DNA of 64,000 nucleotides. Source: Scyliorhinus canicula (lineage: Eukaryota). Where the stretch lies: positions 43,611,159 through 43,675,158 of the forward strand of contig NC_052158.1 in assembly GCF_902713615.1 (NCBI RefSeq), written 5' to 3'. Shown here in pieces: positions 11,918 to 22,270 of this stretch. The position numbers were made by a program, and so were the translations under genes. The notes below the pieces were generated by a model, which was given only the letters and a program-made list of their open reading frames with translations, did not search any database and was not told the origin of the DNA. Positions within the stretch are counted from its first letter, which is position 1. The number at the start of each line of letters is the position of its first letter.

Positions 11918-12853
11918 ATGGAAGAGAATCCATTCCAGAGTGAGGTGAGCAACCAAGAATGGACACAGTCACCGACACTCTTCAATCAGCCACACTTTCA
12001 CATAGCTGAGAAGCTGTTCAGGTGCGAGATGTGTGAAAAGTCATTCTCAAAGTCCTGGAACCTCCACAGACACCGGCGCATGCACACAGGGGAGAAACCA
12101 TTCACGTGCGAGGTGTGTGACAAATCGTTTTCACAATTATCGACACTCCGCACACACCGACGCATTCACACAGGGGAGAAACCCTTCACGTGCGAGGTGT
12201 GCAACAAATCATTCTCACATTCATCAACCTTCCGCGAGCACCAACGTGTTCACACGGGGGAGAAACCCTTCAAGTGTGAGGTGTGCAACAAATCATTTTC
12301 TGACTCATCGACCCTCCGCGTACACCAACGTATTCACACAGGGGAAAAACCATTCCGATGCGAGGTATGTAACAAATCGTTTGCACAGTTATCAACCCTC
12401 CGTGCACACCAACGCATTCACACCGGGGAGAAGCCAGTCAAGTGTGAGGTGTGTGACAAATCTTTCTCACAGTTAGGGAGCCTCCTGGTCCATCAGAAGA
12501 TCCACACAGGGGAGAAACCCTTCAAGTGTAATGTTTGCGATAAGGCTTTTGTAAGATCTTCAAGCCTCCTGATTCACCAGATGATTCACACAGGGGAGAA
12601 ACCCTTCAGATGTGAATTTTGTGAAATGGCTTTCATCCAATCCTCCGATTTACTGAGGCACCAGAGGATTCACACAGGGGAGAAACCCTTCAAATGTGAG
12701 GTATGCGACCAAGCCTTCACGCAGTTATCGACGCTTGTAGAACACCGCCGCATTCACACTGGGGAGAAACCATTCCCATGTGATGTGTGCAACAAATCTT
12801 TCTCAAGGTCATCGTACCTCCTTCTCCATCGGAAAATTCACACAGGGGAGTAA
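11918..12853 (+). CDS. ZNF-A: C2H2 zinc-finger protein, 311 aa, 10 intact fingers, no effector domain
   Basis: Open ORF with C-x2-C-x12-H-x3-H repeats and TGEKPF linkers. Terminal exon acceptor TTTTACAG| at 11826; start MEENPF. Confidence 0.92.
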   Translation: MEENPFQSEVSNQEWTQSPTLFNQPHFHIAEKLFRCEMCEKSFSKSWNLHRHRRMHTGEKPFTCEVCDKSFSQLSTLRTHRRIHTGEKPFTCEVCNKSFSHSSTFREHQRVHTGEKPFKCEVCNKSFSDSSTLRVHQRIHTGEKPFRCEVCNKSFAQLSTLRAHQRIHTGEKPVKCEVCDKSFSQLGSLLVHQKIHTGEKPFKCNVCDKAFVRSSSLLIHQMIHTGEKPFRCEFCEMAFIQSSDLLRHQRIHTGEKPFKCEVCDQAFTQLSTLVEHRRIHTGEKPFPCDVCNKSFSRSSYLLLHRKIHTGE

Positions 12854-13110
12854 CTCTTCAAGTATGATCCTGAAGCATCAGTAGATCCACACTAGTGAGG
12901 AAACATTGTGAGGTGTGTGACAAGGCTTTCACACAGTCAGCGTATCTGCTGATCCATCATCAAACTCTCACATGAGGTACAGTATCGGTGTGAGTTCTGG
13001 AATAAAATCTTCACTCTTTTCTCTGTCCACTTGGAATAGCGAACCCATGTGGGAGACAAACTCTTCCGGTGTGACATGTGTCAAGATTGTTTTTGCTCCA
13101 CCATACACAA
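12854..13110 (+). pseudogene. Decayed zinc fingers in ZNF-A 3' UTR
   Basis: Frameshifted TGTGAGGTGTGTGACAAGGCTTTCACACAG and GGAGACAAACTCTTCCGGTGTGAC after the stop codon. Confidence 0.8.
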
Positions 13111-13119
13111 CCATCTCCA

Positions 13120-13450
13120 CACAGACTTGGGGCCCAGTGACCGGCTTCTTTTATATTGAACAGCCGAGCTCTAATTTTAATGTTGTATTCCCTTGTTCTG
13201 GACTCTCCAACGAGAGGACTAGTTTCTCTCTAACTACTCTATCAACTCATTTAATCATCTTAAACACCTCAATTAAATTACCCCTTTATCTACATTCAAA
13301 GGAACACAATCTCAGTCTGTACTTCCTGTCCTCATTATTTAACCCTTTTATCCCCAGGAATATTCTGGTGAATCTACGCTGCACTCCCTCCAAGGACAAT
13401 ATATCCTTTCTGAGGTGAAGTGGCCAGACCTGAACACAGTTCTTCTGATG
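13120..13450 (-). mobile_element. CR1 3' fragment
   Basis: Minus strand AGAAAGGATATATTGTCCTTGGAGGGAGTGCAGCGTAGATTCACCAGAAT is typical of CR1. Confidence 0.75.
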
Positions 13451-14358
13451 GGGTCAAAACAAAGCTCTGTACAGTTGGAACAGATCTTCCACAAGGACAC
13501 ACAAAATCAGGACCACTAGTGCTTGATGTGGGCCAGTCAGATCTATCAATGGTTGATCAACCAGCTATGTACCAGATATGCTCAAATCCCTTGGATGTGA
13601 GAAACAGGAATTTGACCAGGAAGGAAGAGAATAAAGGTAATGTTGGGAAGAAGAATGTAGAAGGTGGTGACAAGGGAGTGGTTAAACCAGATTGACGGTT
13701 GCAGAAGCATTATGGGGAATGGGGGGGGGGGGGTCAAAGGGCTGAGAGTTGGGAATTAAATAGCGCAGAACATGAATAGAAAGTGATTGGTCCATGGACC
13801 CACATGACTACTGGACCTCTGAAACCATTGATGGGTTTGTATGATGGAAACAAGCTCTATCCTGTGTCACTGAAGTTCAATGTCATTTCTGACTATTGGA
13901 ATTGGGAGCTAGACTAAAGCATAGGGATTTTAAAGAAAATTCTGTCTATTATTCTGAGAGAGTTTTCCCTGGTGTGTGTTCATAAAGTGAGCCAGGATGG
14001 GTAGTATCAGCCACTGGTTTTCTTGGTGATGTGAGTTATTGACAGATCCTCTTCAGATGATGAGTGTTGACTAATACCATTCTTGTACTCTCCTGCCTGG
14101 GAGGACTACTATTCTGTGTACGATGAGGGAGTGGGGGTGAACCTCTACAGACCTGTGTTCCCTCAGCCCATCATACCTCGATGTAATAACAGTGCAACGT
14201 TTTCATTGTACACATCTTCTAAGATTCATTTCATGTTCTGGAAAAGATCTTGAGTCATTTTCAAATGTTTTGTTATTGGTTGATTCAAAGTTGGTGTTAA
14301 CTGAATATCGTGTTATTGTTTGTCTGTTATATCAGTTTTCTGTATCAATTTGTAACTC

Positions 14359-14364
14359 AATAAA
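14359..14364 (+). terminator. Candidate poly(A) signal of ZNF-A
   Basis: AATAAA at the homologous position to 47789-47794 (ZNF-C) and 58756-58761 (ZNF-D). A proximal AATAAA also occurs at 13001. Confidence 0.55.
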
Positions 14365-15571
14365 TTTTTTTAACTGAATCCAAACTAGCTGTTTTATCAG
14401 TCTGGTGTATTCCTATTCACTGAAACACTCCGGAGCCTACAGTAAGAGTCCTGTGCACAATATATTGGTCAATGTCACTGTGGCTGGTATACTTCCTCCA
14501 TCAATGGGTTTAAAATTTCCAGTTCACAGAAAACAGAATGTTTCCCTGAGAAAGAAAGACTTGCATTTTTATATCAACTTTTCATGAACTCGGGGTATCC
14601 GAGTTGTGAATGTTGGAAATATGTGCCCTGTCCAGTCTCTCTGTCATTTCCTAATTACATTCAGTAAATTTCTTTGTCCCGTTCACTCTCATCACTTTCT
14701 CATTTGCTACTTGTCCTTTCCATTCTCTTCCAAACATACAATTCATCTGTCTCTAAGGTTTAAGTTTCACATCAAGTACTTTTATCATCTGCAAACTAAC
14801 TGATGTTATAATTCACTCCCCCAATCTTAACATCACTTTCTGTGCCTTCAAACTCCTTTGACCAAAGCTTCTGTATAGACACCGAAGAGGACAGGCGATA
14901 GACAAAACTCTTTGAGGTCTTTGTCTAATTACACATGGTTCTGACACCCCTTTGCTCACTCTGTTACTGTTTATTCCAGGTACAGATTTCATGTGTCGTC
15001 AATTCCTCCGGTCTACTCCAATGTCTTTCAGCACTGTCAAGAGTTTAATCCAGTCAACCCAATCAAATTCTTCTCCAAAATCTAGAGAACAAAAATAGAA
15101 TTTTTGTCCAAACTCTAAACTGTTTTCACTCATTAATCTTATTCTGCCAATTACTGCTTTTGTCTCTCTTCCTCCATCAAATCTGAACTGGCCATCTCAG
15201 ATACAGCTCTGTGCATTCCCACACACTCTGTGTTATAACTCTGAGCACAACCTTCGGAAAATGGAAAAGCAGATTAATTGTATGTCAGTCAGAACGTTAG
15301 CATGCCTTTGGTTTCTTTTGTGGTGGTATTATAGTCTGAAAGAAGTGCTCTGGTCATTCTGATATGTCACTAACTTTGCACATCTCAGTAAACATTTATG
15401 TTAAGTTCATCCCAATGATTTTAATCAATTTTGCAAGTATTTAATCTGCTTTTCCCAGGTTTTTACCTCATTTATTGCTCCTCTCATCTCATTCTCTAGT
15501 ATTTCTGGTCCAATAATATTTATGTCAGCGTTACTCTCTTCCTCCAGCTCAATCGGCTGGTTTATCGGCTA

Positions 15572-15760
15572 GGGGCTGGTTTAGCTCACTGGGCTAAATC
15601 GCTGGCTTTTAAAGCAGGCACAGTTCAATTCCCGTACCAGCCTTCCCGTACCAGCCTCCCCGGACAGGCGCCGGAATGTGGCGACTAGGGGCTTTTCACA
15701 GTAACTTCATTGAAACGTACTCGTGACAATAAGCAATTTTCATTTTCATTTCATTTTTCA
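15572..15760 (+). mobile_element. Second tRNA-derived SINE family (~190 bp)
   Basis: GGCTGGTTTAGCTCACTGGGCTAAATCG head and (TTTCA)n tail; copies at 27385-27560 (-), 43200-43330 (-) and 45815-45955 (+). Confidence 0.75.
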
Positions 15761-16246
15761 TCGTTTCAAGGTTTTATTTTTTTTTCATCGTTTGAAGGTT
15801 CAATATGCTCCTTCCATATTTTTTTCTGATTTCATCAGATTTTGTGAATAAAACATTTTCCTTATTTAAGATTGCTATTGTTTACACTCCTTTATGCTGA
15901 ATGCCAGTATTCTCCTTTTCTTTTGCACACATATTACCCTTCCAACTCTTTGAATATATCACACTACTCTTTTAACCACTGTTGACCTGTATTTTATGTT
16001 TCTCTTCTTAACTCATTATTTAAGTGTCTATATTTCAGCTTGCCATCTGCAGTGTGGGTATTGTTGGCCTCCTTCTGCACTGTAGGGATTCTATGATTTT
16101 TCTGTTTTCTTCCTCTTCCATCCTTTGCAACATTGCGGTTATAACCCACGGTTTCCACATCCATTGTCTTCTTAAAAACCCAATGTTATCTGTCCCCCAC
16201 CTCCTTTGAAAGATTCTTTAATCTGCTTCCATTGTACATTCATGTT

Positions 16247-16760
16247 AGAACATAGAACGATACAGCGCAGTACAGGCCCTTCGGCCCTCGATGTTGCACC
16301 GACATGGAAAAAAATCTAAAGGCCATCTAACCTACACTATGCCCTTATCATCCATATGCTTATCCAATAAATTTTTTTATGCCCTCAATGTTGGCGTGTT
16401 CACTACTGTTGCAGGTAGGGCATTCCACGGCCTCACCACTCTTTGCGTAAAAAACCCACCTCTGACCTCTGTCCTATATCTATTACCCCTCAATTTAAGG
16501 CTATGTCCCCTCGTGCTAGCCACCTCCATCTGCTTCTCTGCGGGAGAAGGCTCTCGCTGTCCACCCTATCTAACCCTCTGATCATTTTGTATGCCTCTAT
16601 TAAGTCACCTCTTAACCTTCTTCTCTCTAACGAAAACAACCTCAAGTTCATCAGCCTTTCCTCATAAGATTTTCCCTCCATACAAGGCAACATCCTGGTA
16701 AATCTCCTCTGCACCCGTTCCAAAGCTTCCACGTCCTTCCTATAATGAGGCGACCAGAAC
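16247..16760 (-). mobile_element. CR1 3' end
   Basis: FWSPHYRKDVEALERVQRRFTRMLP..RRRLRGDLIEAYKMIRG plus TTCTA tail. Confidence 0.85.
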
Positions 16761-17199
16761 TTTCTGTGCATTCAATCTTCCTCAGTCTCTTCCACTTTCA
16801 CCAAAATTATGATCTGATTCTGTGTCAGTTCCTGGCTGCAGCCTTCGAGTTCTTGACACTGTTCCCCTGTCTTTTTCTCACCATCTTATGGTGAAATTGA
16901 AATTATCATGTATTGCCAAACTTTTTTCCATCAATTCCATCTCCTTTTATGTTGACCAAACCACCAAAGAACACACCAGTAGTTCAAGGTGGTAGCTCAC
17001 CAACACCTTCTCAAAGGTAATTAAGAATGTGAATTAAAAATGCTGACCTCCCCAGCAACACCCACATCCTGTAAATGAAGAAAATTTACCCGTTTGTTGT
17101 CGTGAATTTTATATTGTTGCAAAATTGTGCCAGATTTTGACTTCCTAATTTATTTTTCAAAGTTCATATAGTGCTTTTTCGTTGTTCTCTCTTCCTTTC

Positions 17200-17975
17200 C
17201 CAACACAGGTTGGTCAGATCAGTGGCAGATTGAATTTAACCCTGGAAATTGAGGTCATGCACTTTGTAAGGAGTGAAAAAGGAGTAAGGAGTGACAAAAG
17301 GAGTACTCAATGGCAAGACACTAGCAAGCTCAGAGAAAGAGGGTCATGGGTGCTTGCCCACAGATCCCTAAAGCGGCAGGACAAGTTAATAGGGTAGTTA
17401 AGAAAGCATACGGGACACTTGCCTTTATTAGTCATGGCAGGGAGGTTATGTTGGAGCTGGACAGGACTTTGGTTCGGCCACAGCTGGAATACTGTGTTCA
17501 GTTCTGGTCACTGCACTATAGGAAGGATGTGATTCCATGAGAGAGGGTGCAGAGGAAATTCACCAGTTTGGAGCCGTTGAGCTATGAAGAGAGGTTGGAT
17601 AAGCTCAGCTGTTTTCTTTAGAGCAGAGAAGGTTGGAGGGACCTGATTGAGGTGCATAAGATTAAAAGGGAGAGGGTGGATAGGAAGCAGCTGTTCCGCT
17701 CAGTTGACGGGTCAATAATGAAGGGGTATAATTTTAAGTTGAGGGGCAGGAGGATTGGAGAGGATTTGAGGAAAACCATTTTCACCCAGAGTCTGGAATG
17801 CACTGCATTAGTAGTAGTAGAGGTGGGAAAACTCACAACCTTTAAAAAGTACATGGATGAGCACTTGAAATGTCATAATATTCAAGGCAATTGGCCAAGT
17901 GCTGGAAAGTGGGATTAGTGTAGTTCTATTGGTGCAGACTCAACGGGCTGAAGAGCCTCTTCTACATTCCATGAC
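17200..17975 (+). mobile_element. CR1 3' fragment
   Basis: VVKKAYGTLAFI..LVRPQLEYCVQFWSLHYRKDV and 3' UTR tail. Confidence 0.85.
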
Positions 17976-18004
17976 TCAGTCCTGTTCCAATCTCTGAAAA
18001 CAAT

Positions 18005-18210
18005 CACAGAAAAGTGCTCGAAAAACTCATTCGTCCGTGGAGAGGAAAAAGCAGAATTAATGTTTTGAGTCCATATGATTCTTCTTCAGTCATCTGGACT
18101 CAAAATGTTCATTGTTTCTCTCCCTATGGACGGTGCCAGACGTGCTGAGTTTATCCTGCATTTTCTGTTTTTATTTCTATATTTCCAGCATCCAGTGTTT
18201 TGCTTTTTCC
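18005..18210. mobile_element. Inverted pair of Penelope-like terminal fragments
   Basis: Minus arm CTGAAGAAGAATCATATGGACTCAAAAC (18089 leftwards) abuts plus arm GTCATCTGGACTCAAAATG..GCCAGACGTGCTGAGT. Confidence 0.6.
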
Positions 18211-18597
18211 TGAAAACAAATTGGTTGGGTCTTCCACTCCTGTTCCTTGAATTCTCTCATACGTTTAATCAACGTTGTTTGTCTGGATGTTGATTTGTGG
18301 GCACATACAGCACACTCGTTGTCCTTTTTAGTTCCACGGATATCCACGTAGCTGAATCACATTTGACCGCTCACACATTTGGCAGCTTCATGGTCGAACC
18401 TTACTGCTGCACCCTGTTCCTTATCTTCTCCTCTTGAGAATATCATTTTCGTTCCATCACTCAGGAACTCAGATTCTGTCCACCAAGTCCAGGATATTAA
18501 ATTTAGCCATTTCCCTTGTTTTAGATCTTCCAGCTTTCCTTTCATTGTTCACTCTTCGAACCATCCTCTTGTTTTGATACTACCAATCCTATGTGTG

Positions 18598-18629
<32 letters not shown>

Positions 18630-18676
18630 TACACAGGTATGAATACATATATATCATATATATATGATATATATAT
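18598..18676. repeat. (TA)n/(CA)n microsatellite
   Basis: Direct reading. Confidence 0.9.
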
Positions 18677-19007
18677 GGCAGCATGGTAGCATGGTGGTTA
18701 GCATAAATGCTTCACAGCTCCAGGGTCCCAGGTTCGATTCCCGGCTGGGTCACTGTCTGTGTGGAGTCTGCACGTCCTCCCCGTGTGTGCGTGGATTTCC
18801 TCCGGGTGCTCCGGTTTCCTCCCACAGTCCAAAGATGTGCGGGTTAGGTGGATTGGCCATACTAAATTGCCCGTAGTGTCCTAAAAAGTAAGGTTAAGGG
18901 GGTTGTTGGGTTACGGGTATAGGGTGGATACGTGGGTTTGAGTAGGGTGATCATTGCTCGGCACAACATCGAGGGCCGAAGGGCCTGTTCTGTGCTGTAC
19001 TGTTCTA
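18677..19007 (+). mobile_element. Young HE1-type SINE
   Basis: Near-identical to 43891-44226, 54536-54870 and 59321-59629. Confidence 0.92.
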
Positions 19008-19184
19008 TATGTGAGTATTTTGCACATGAATATTTTGCTGAATGAAGAGGCCTCGCTCCTTCCTTTGTAACATAACCTGTCCATTGACAGGGGATCCCCT
19101 CTGCACCACTTTGATGTTTGTTGCTCGAAACTGGGAATCCGCAGATTGGAGGGGAGAGAAGGGAAGGGGGGGTGAGGAGGTTAA

Positions 19185-19470
19185 ACGGCTGCAGTCCTGG
19201 TTCCCGCCGCCCGGGGCTGGGATTGACAGGTGCGCACCTCCAACGCCAGCCCCGCCCACGTGACAGCCACTCGGGCTCGCGCTCCCTCAGGTTCCAACTC
19301 CCGAATGCTGCCGCCAACCGCCGCTGAGCGCGGCAGAAATACAACTCCCATCAGGCATTGCGGCTCCATGAATTCCATCCTGCCGCTCCTCACTGCGCGG
19401 GCGCAATTCCACAGACACCATGGGATATTTTGTCCAGTGCGCCTGTGCGGAGCCACGAGGTGCCATCAAT
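19185..19470. promoter_or_regulatory. CpG-island promoter, probably bidirectional (ZNF143/SBS, NRF1-like, GC box, E-box)
   Basis: Dense CpG. AATACAACTCCCATCAGGCATTGCG (19338-19362) resembles the ACTACA-extended ZNF143 site, with a second SBS-like motif on the minus strand at ~19409-19434. Also GCCCCGCCC, CACGTGAC (19257-19264), TGCGCGGGCGCA and TGCGCCTGTGCG. Confidence 0.75.
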
Positions 19471-19744
19471 GAGGAAAGAACCGGCTGCTCTGCTGTCTTT
19501 TGCAGATCACAGGAATTGACAATTCTGGGCAGCAAGTTCAATATGTCTATGCCCCCGATTAGCTCTCACCATCCTGGTGTTTGGGTTGTTACCATCTGGC
19601 AGCGGAGGTCCCCGCTGGAGGGCTGTCTCTGCAGCAGTCCTCCCCTTGCCATCGGGCACCTGGAGTGGAAGATATTTTATGCCGTGCTCCCATATAACTG
19701 TAGGTTGATCAGTGCATACACTCCCTACATGCTTGCGTCTTTTG

Positions 19745-20660
19745 TGGCTTTGGATTGGATTTGATTTATAGTCACGTGTACAGAGATACAGTGAAAAGTA
19801 TTGTTCTACATACAGTCCAGACAGATTGTTGCACACATGAAAAAACATTTGGACATATGATAAAGACGCAATGTGAATACAAAGACACAAGTATTACTTA
19901 GTAGAGAAGATATGTGGGGAGATCAGTTCACTCCATAAGAGGGTCATTCAGGAGTCTGGCAACAATGGGGAAGAACCTTTTGGAATCTGATAGTGCGTGT
20001 TCTCAGACGTTTGTACCCCCTGCCCGATGGAAGAGGTTGGAAGAGAGAATAACCCAGGTGGGAGGGGTCTTTGATTATTTCCCAAGGCAGCCGGAGATGT
20101 AGATAGTCAATGGATGGGAGGCGGGGATTGTGTGATGGACTGGGCTGTGATCACGACTCTAGTTTCTTACGGTCTTGGGCCAAGCAGTTACCATACCAGG
20201 CTGTAATGCAGCCAAATAGGATGTTTTGTATGGTGCGTCAGCACAAATTGGTAAGAGTCAATGTGGACATGCCAAGTTTCCTCGGGAAGTACAGGCGCTG
20301 TTGTACTTTCCTGGTTACAACGTCGACATGGGTGGACCAGGACAGATTGTTGGTGATGTGCACACCTCGGAATTTGAAGGTGTCAACCATCTCCACCTTG
20401 GCACCATTGATGCGGAAAGGGGTGTGTACGATTCTTTGCTTCCTGAAGTCAATGACCAGCTCCTTAGTTTTGCTGATGTTGAGGGAGAGATTGTTGTCAT
20501 TACACCACTCCACTCTATCTCCTTCCAGTACTCATCTTTGTTCAAGATCCGACCCACTAGGGTTATGTCATCAACAAACTTGTAGATGGAGTTGTAGCCA
20601 AATTTTGCCACACAGTCGTGTATGTATTGGGAGCAGTAGGGGACTAAGTCTACAGCCTTG
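19745..20660 (-). mobile_element. Rex1/Babar-clade LINE 3' fragment
   Basis: SIYKFVDDITLVGRI..EWCNDNNLSLNISKTKELVIDFRK..VEMVDTFKFRGVHITNNLSWSTH. Confidence 0.8.
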
Positions 20661-20719
20661 TGGATTCCGTGGGCTAAGCATATGTAAGTTAGCCAAGGCT
20701 GCAAACCACCTCATTTTCA

Positions 20720-20990
20720 ATTTACTAAAAAATCTGTTCCTTTCTCTTTTTGTTGCACTTCAATCCCACAATCCCGATGTTCAGACATCCGGTATGGAGT
20801 GGGTGATGGGGAGGGAGGAGGACCTCCTCATGGGCTTGCATCTGGGTGCAGCCATGCTGGCCATTATTAGGTCCAGGCAGCAGACAGTCAAGCGGGTCGT
20901 CTGTCCTGACTGTCTGCCCCTCTTCCATGGCTAGGTTCACCGCCATGTATCCCAGGTGACGGCACCATTGAGCCTTTGCTCATGGGCATC
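20720..20990 (+). mobile_element. Tx1-type LINE C-terminal fragment
   Basis: EDLLMGLHLGAAMLAIIRSRQQTVKRVVCPDCLPLFHG resembles Tx1 ORF2 C-termini. Confidence 0.5.
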
Positions 20991-21474
20991 TCGGTGTTTT
21001 ATCAGCCCCTTCAATCATATTTTGTTTCACTTTTTTAAATTTTCTTTGGGCTTCTGTTGAGTTTGATCCCTTTAAGCAGTTTCATTTTAATTTATTCCTC
21101 AATCTGTGATTTGTTCAACATGGCATTAGAATAGGGAGGTGCTTGATGGCTGGCAGAGACACAGTGGGCTGAAGGATCTCTTTTGTGCGGAAGAAGGCTA
21201 TGACTCTATGACTATAATTTTATTTGGTTTCCCAAAGGAAGCATCACCCATTCTCTCCTCCTATTCCACAGCTGGATCACTTCCTGTAGGGACTGAAAAC
21301 CAAGTGAGGAGTCGGTGAGTGAAGGAGCAGAATTTATAATAATTGCATCATGTAATATCCACAGAAATGTTCAGGACTGAATATCCAGTGACTGAAGCAT
21401 CAAAGTTCATCCCAATTGTATCCCATAAATCCACATTAATATTCAGTGAGTGAAGGAATACTCTTCTGATGTTG

Positions 21475-21695
21475 TATCGCTGGATGGCTGGACAGCTGGT
21501 TTGTGATGCAGAGTGAGGCCAACAGTGTGGGGTCAATTCCCATACCTGTTGTGGTTATTCATGACTGCCCCACCTTCTCAACCTTGCCCCTCACCTGAGG
21601 TGTTGTGATCCTCAGGTTAAATCACCACCAGCCAGCCCTCCCCCTCAAAGGGGAAAGCAGCCAGTTGTCATCAGGGATTATGGTGACTTTACTTT
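21475..21695 (+). mobile_element. tRNA-derived SINE (third family)
   Basis: GGGGTCAATTCCCATACC B-box-like motif and GACTTTACTTT tail. Confidence 0.5.
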
Positions 21696-22069
21696 GGAGG
21701 GGCGGGCATTGAGTCTAATGATAGCAGCTCTGATTCAGAGAACTACTGTGTTCTTGATACTGTCGAGACTCTTCAGTTGTTGCAGATGCTCCCAACCATG
21801 TGAGTGACGAGTGTTCCACCACACTGTCTTTGGCAGACCACAACTCAAATGCTTTTTCAAAATGTCTGAGTATCTTAGCGCCACCCGGCAATGACATCTT
21901 CCAAAGCTGAAAACACATTAACTCCCCCTTGAACATTGCAGTTCAAACTCAACAATGGGGAGGAACTGAGAGGTCAGGAGGGGTTCTCTCTCAGTACCAC
22001 AGGAGGGAGCCGGTTTTGATCATCCATTCGATATTTTTGTTTAAGGACATTTTAACATTGTGTCTTTTT

Positions 22070-22270
22070 CTAAATTTAGAGTACTCAATTATTTTTTCCA
22101 ATTAAGGGGCAATTTAGCGTGGCCAATCCACCTACTCTGCATATCTTTTTGGGTTGTGGGGGTGAAACCCACGCAGACTCGGGTAGAATGAGTAAACTCC
22201 ACATGGACTGTGACCCAAGGCCGGATCAAACCTGGGACCTCGGCGCCATGAGACAGCCGTGCTATTAACA
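22070..22270 (-). mobile_element. HE1-type SINE
   Basis: TTAAGGGGCAATTTAGCGTGGCCAATCCACC on the plus strand is the reverse complement of the core. Confidence 0.8.

Larger units (their letters stand above)
14840..18590 (-). mobile_element. Ancient fragmented RTE-clade LINE (APE and RT remnants) with nested insertions
   Basis: APE N-terminus KGKLEDLKQ..WTESEFLSDGTKMIFSRG at 18250-18590; SDH-region remnant at 16780-16960; RT ..LDFGEEFDWVDWIKLLTVLKDIGVDRRN at 14950-15180. Confidence 0.7.

Noticed and set aside
11990-12850. CRISPR-like 84-bp periodic repeat-spacer pattern
   Set aside because: This is the 28-codon C2H2 finger periodicity in a eukaryotic gene.
18677-18750. tRNA genes at SINE heads (A/B boxes)
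   Set aside because: No full cloverleaf; each continues into the SINE body and LINE-like tail.
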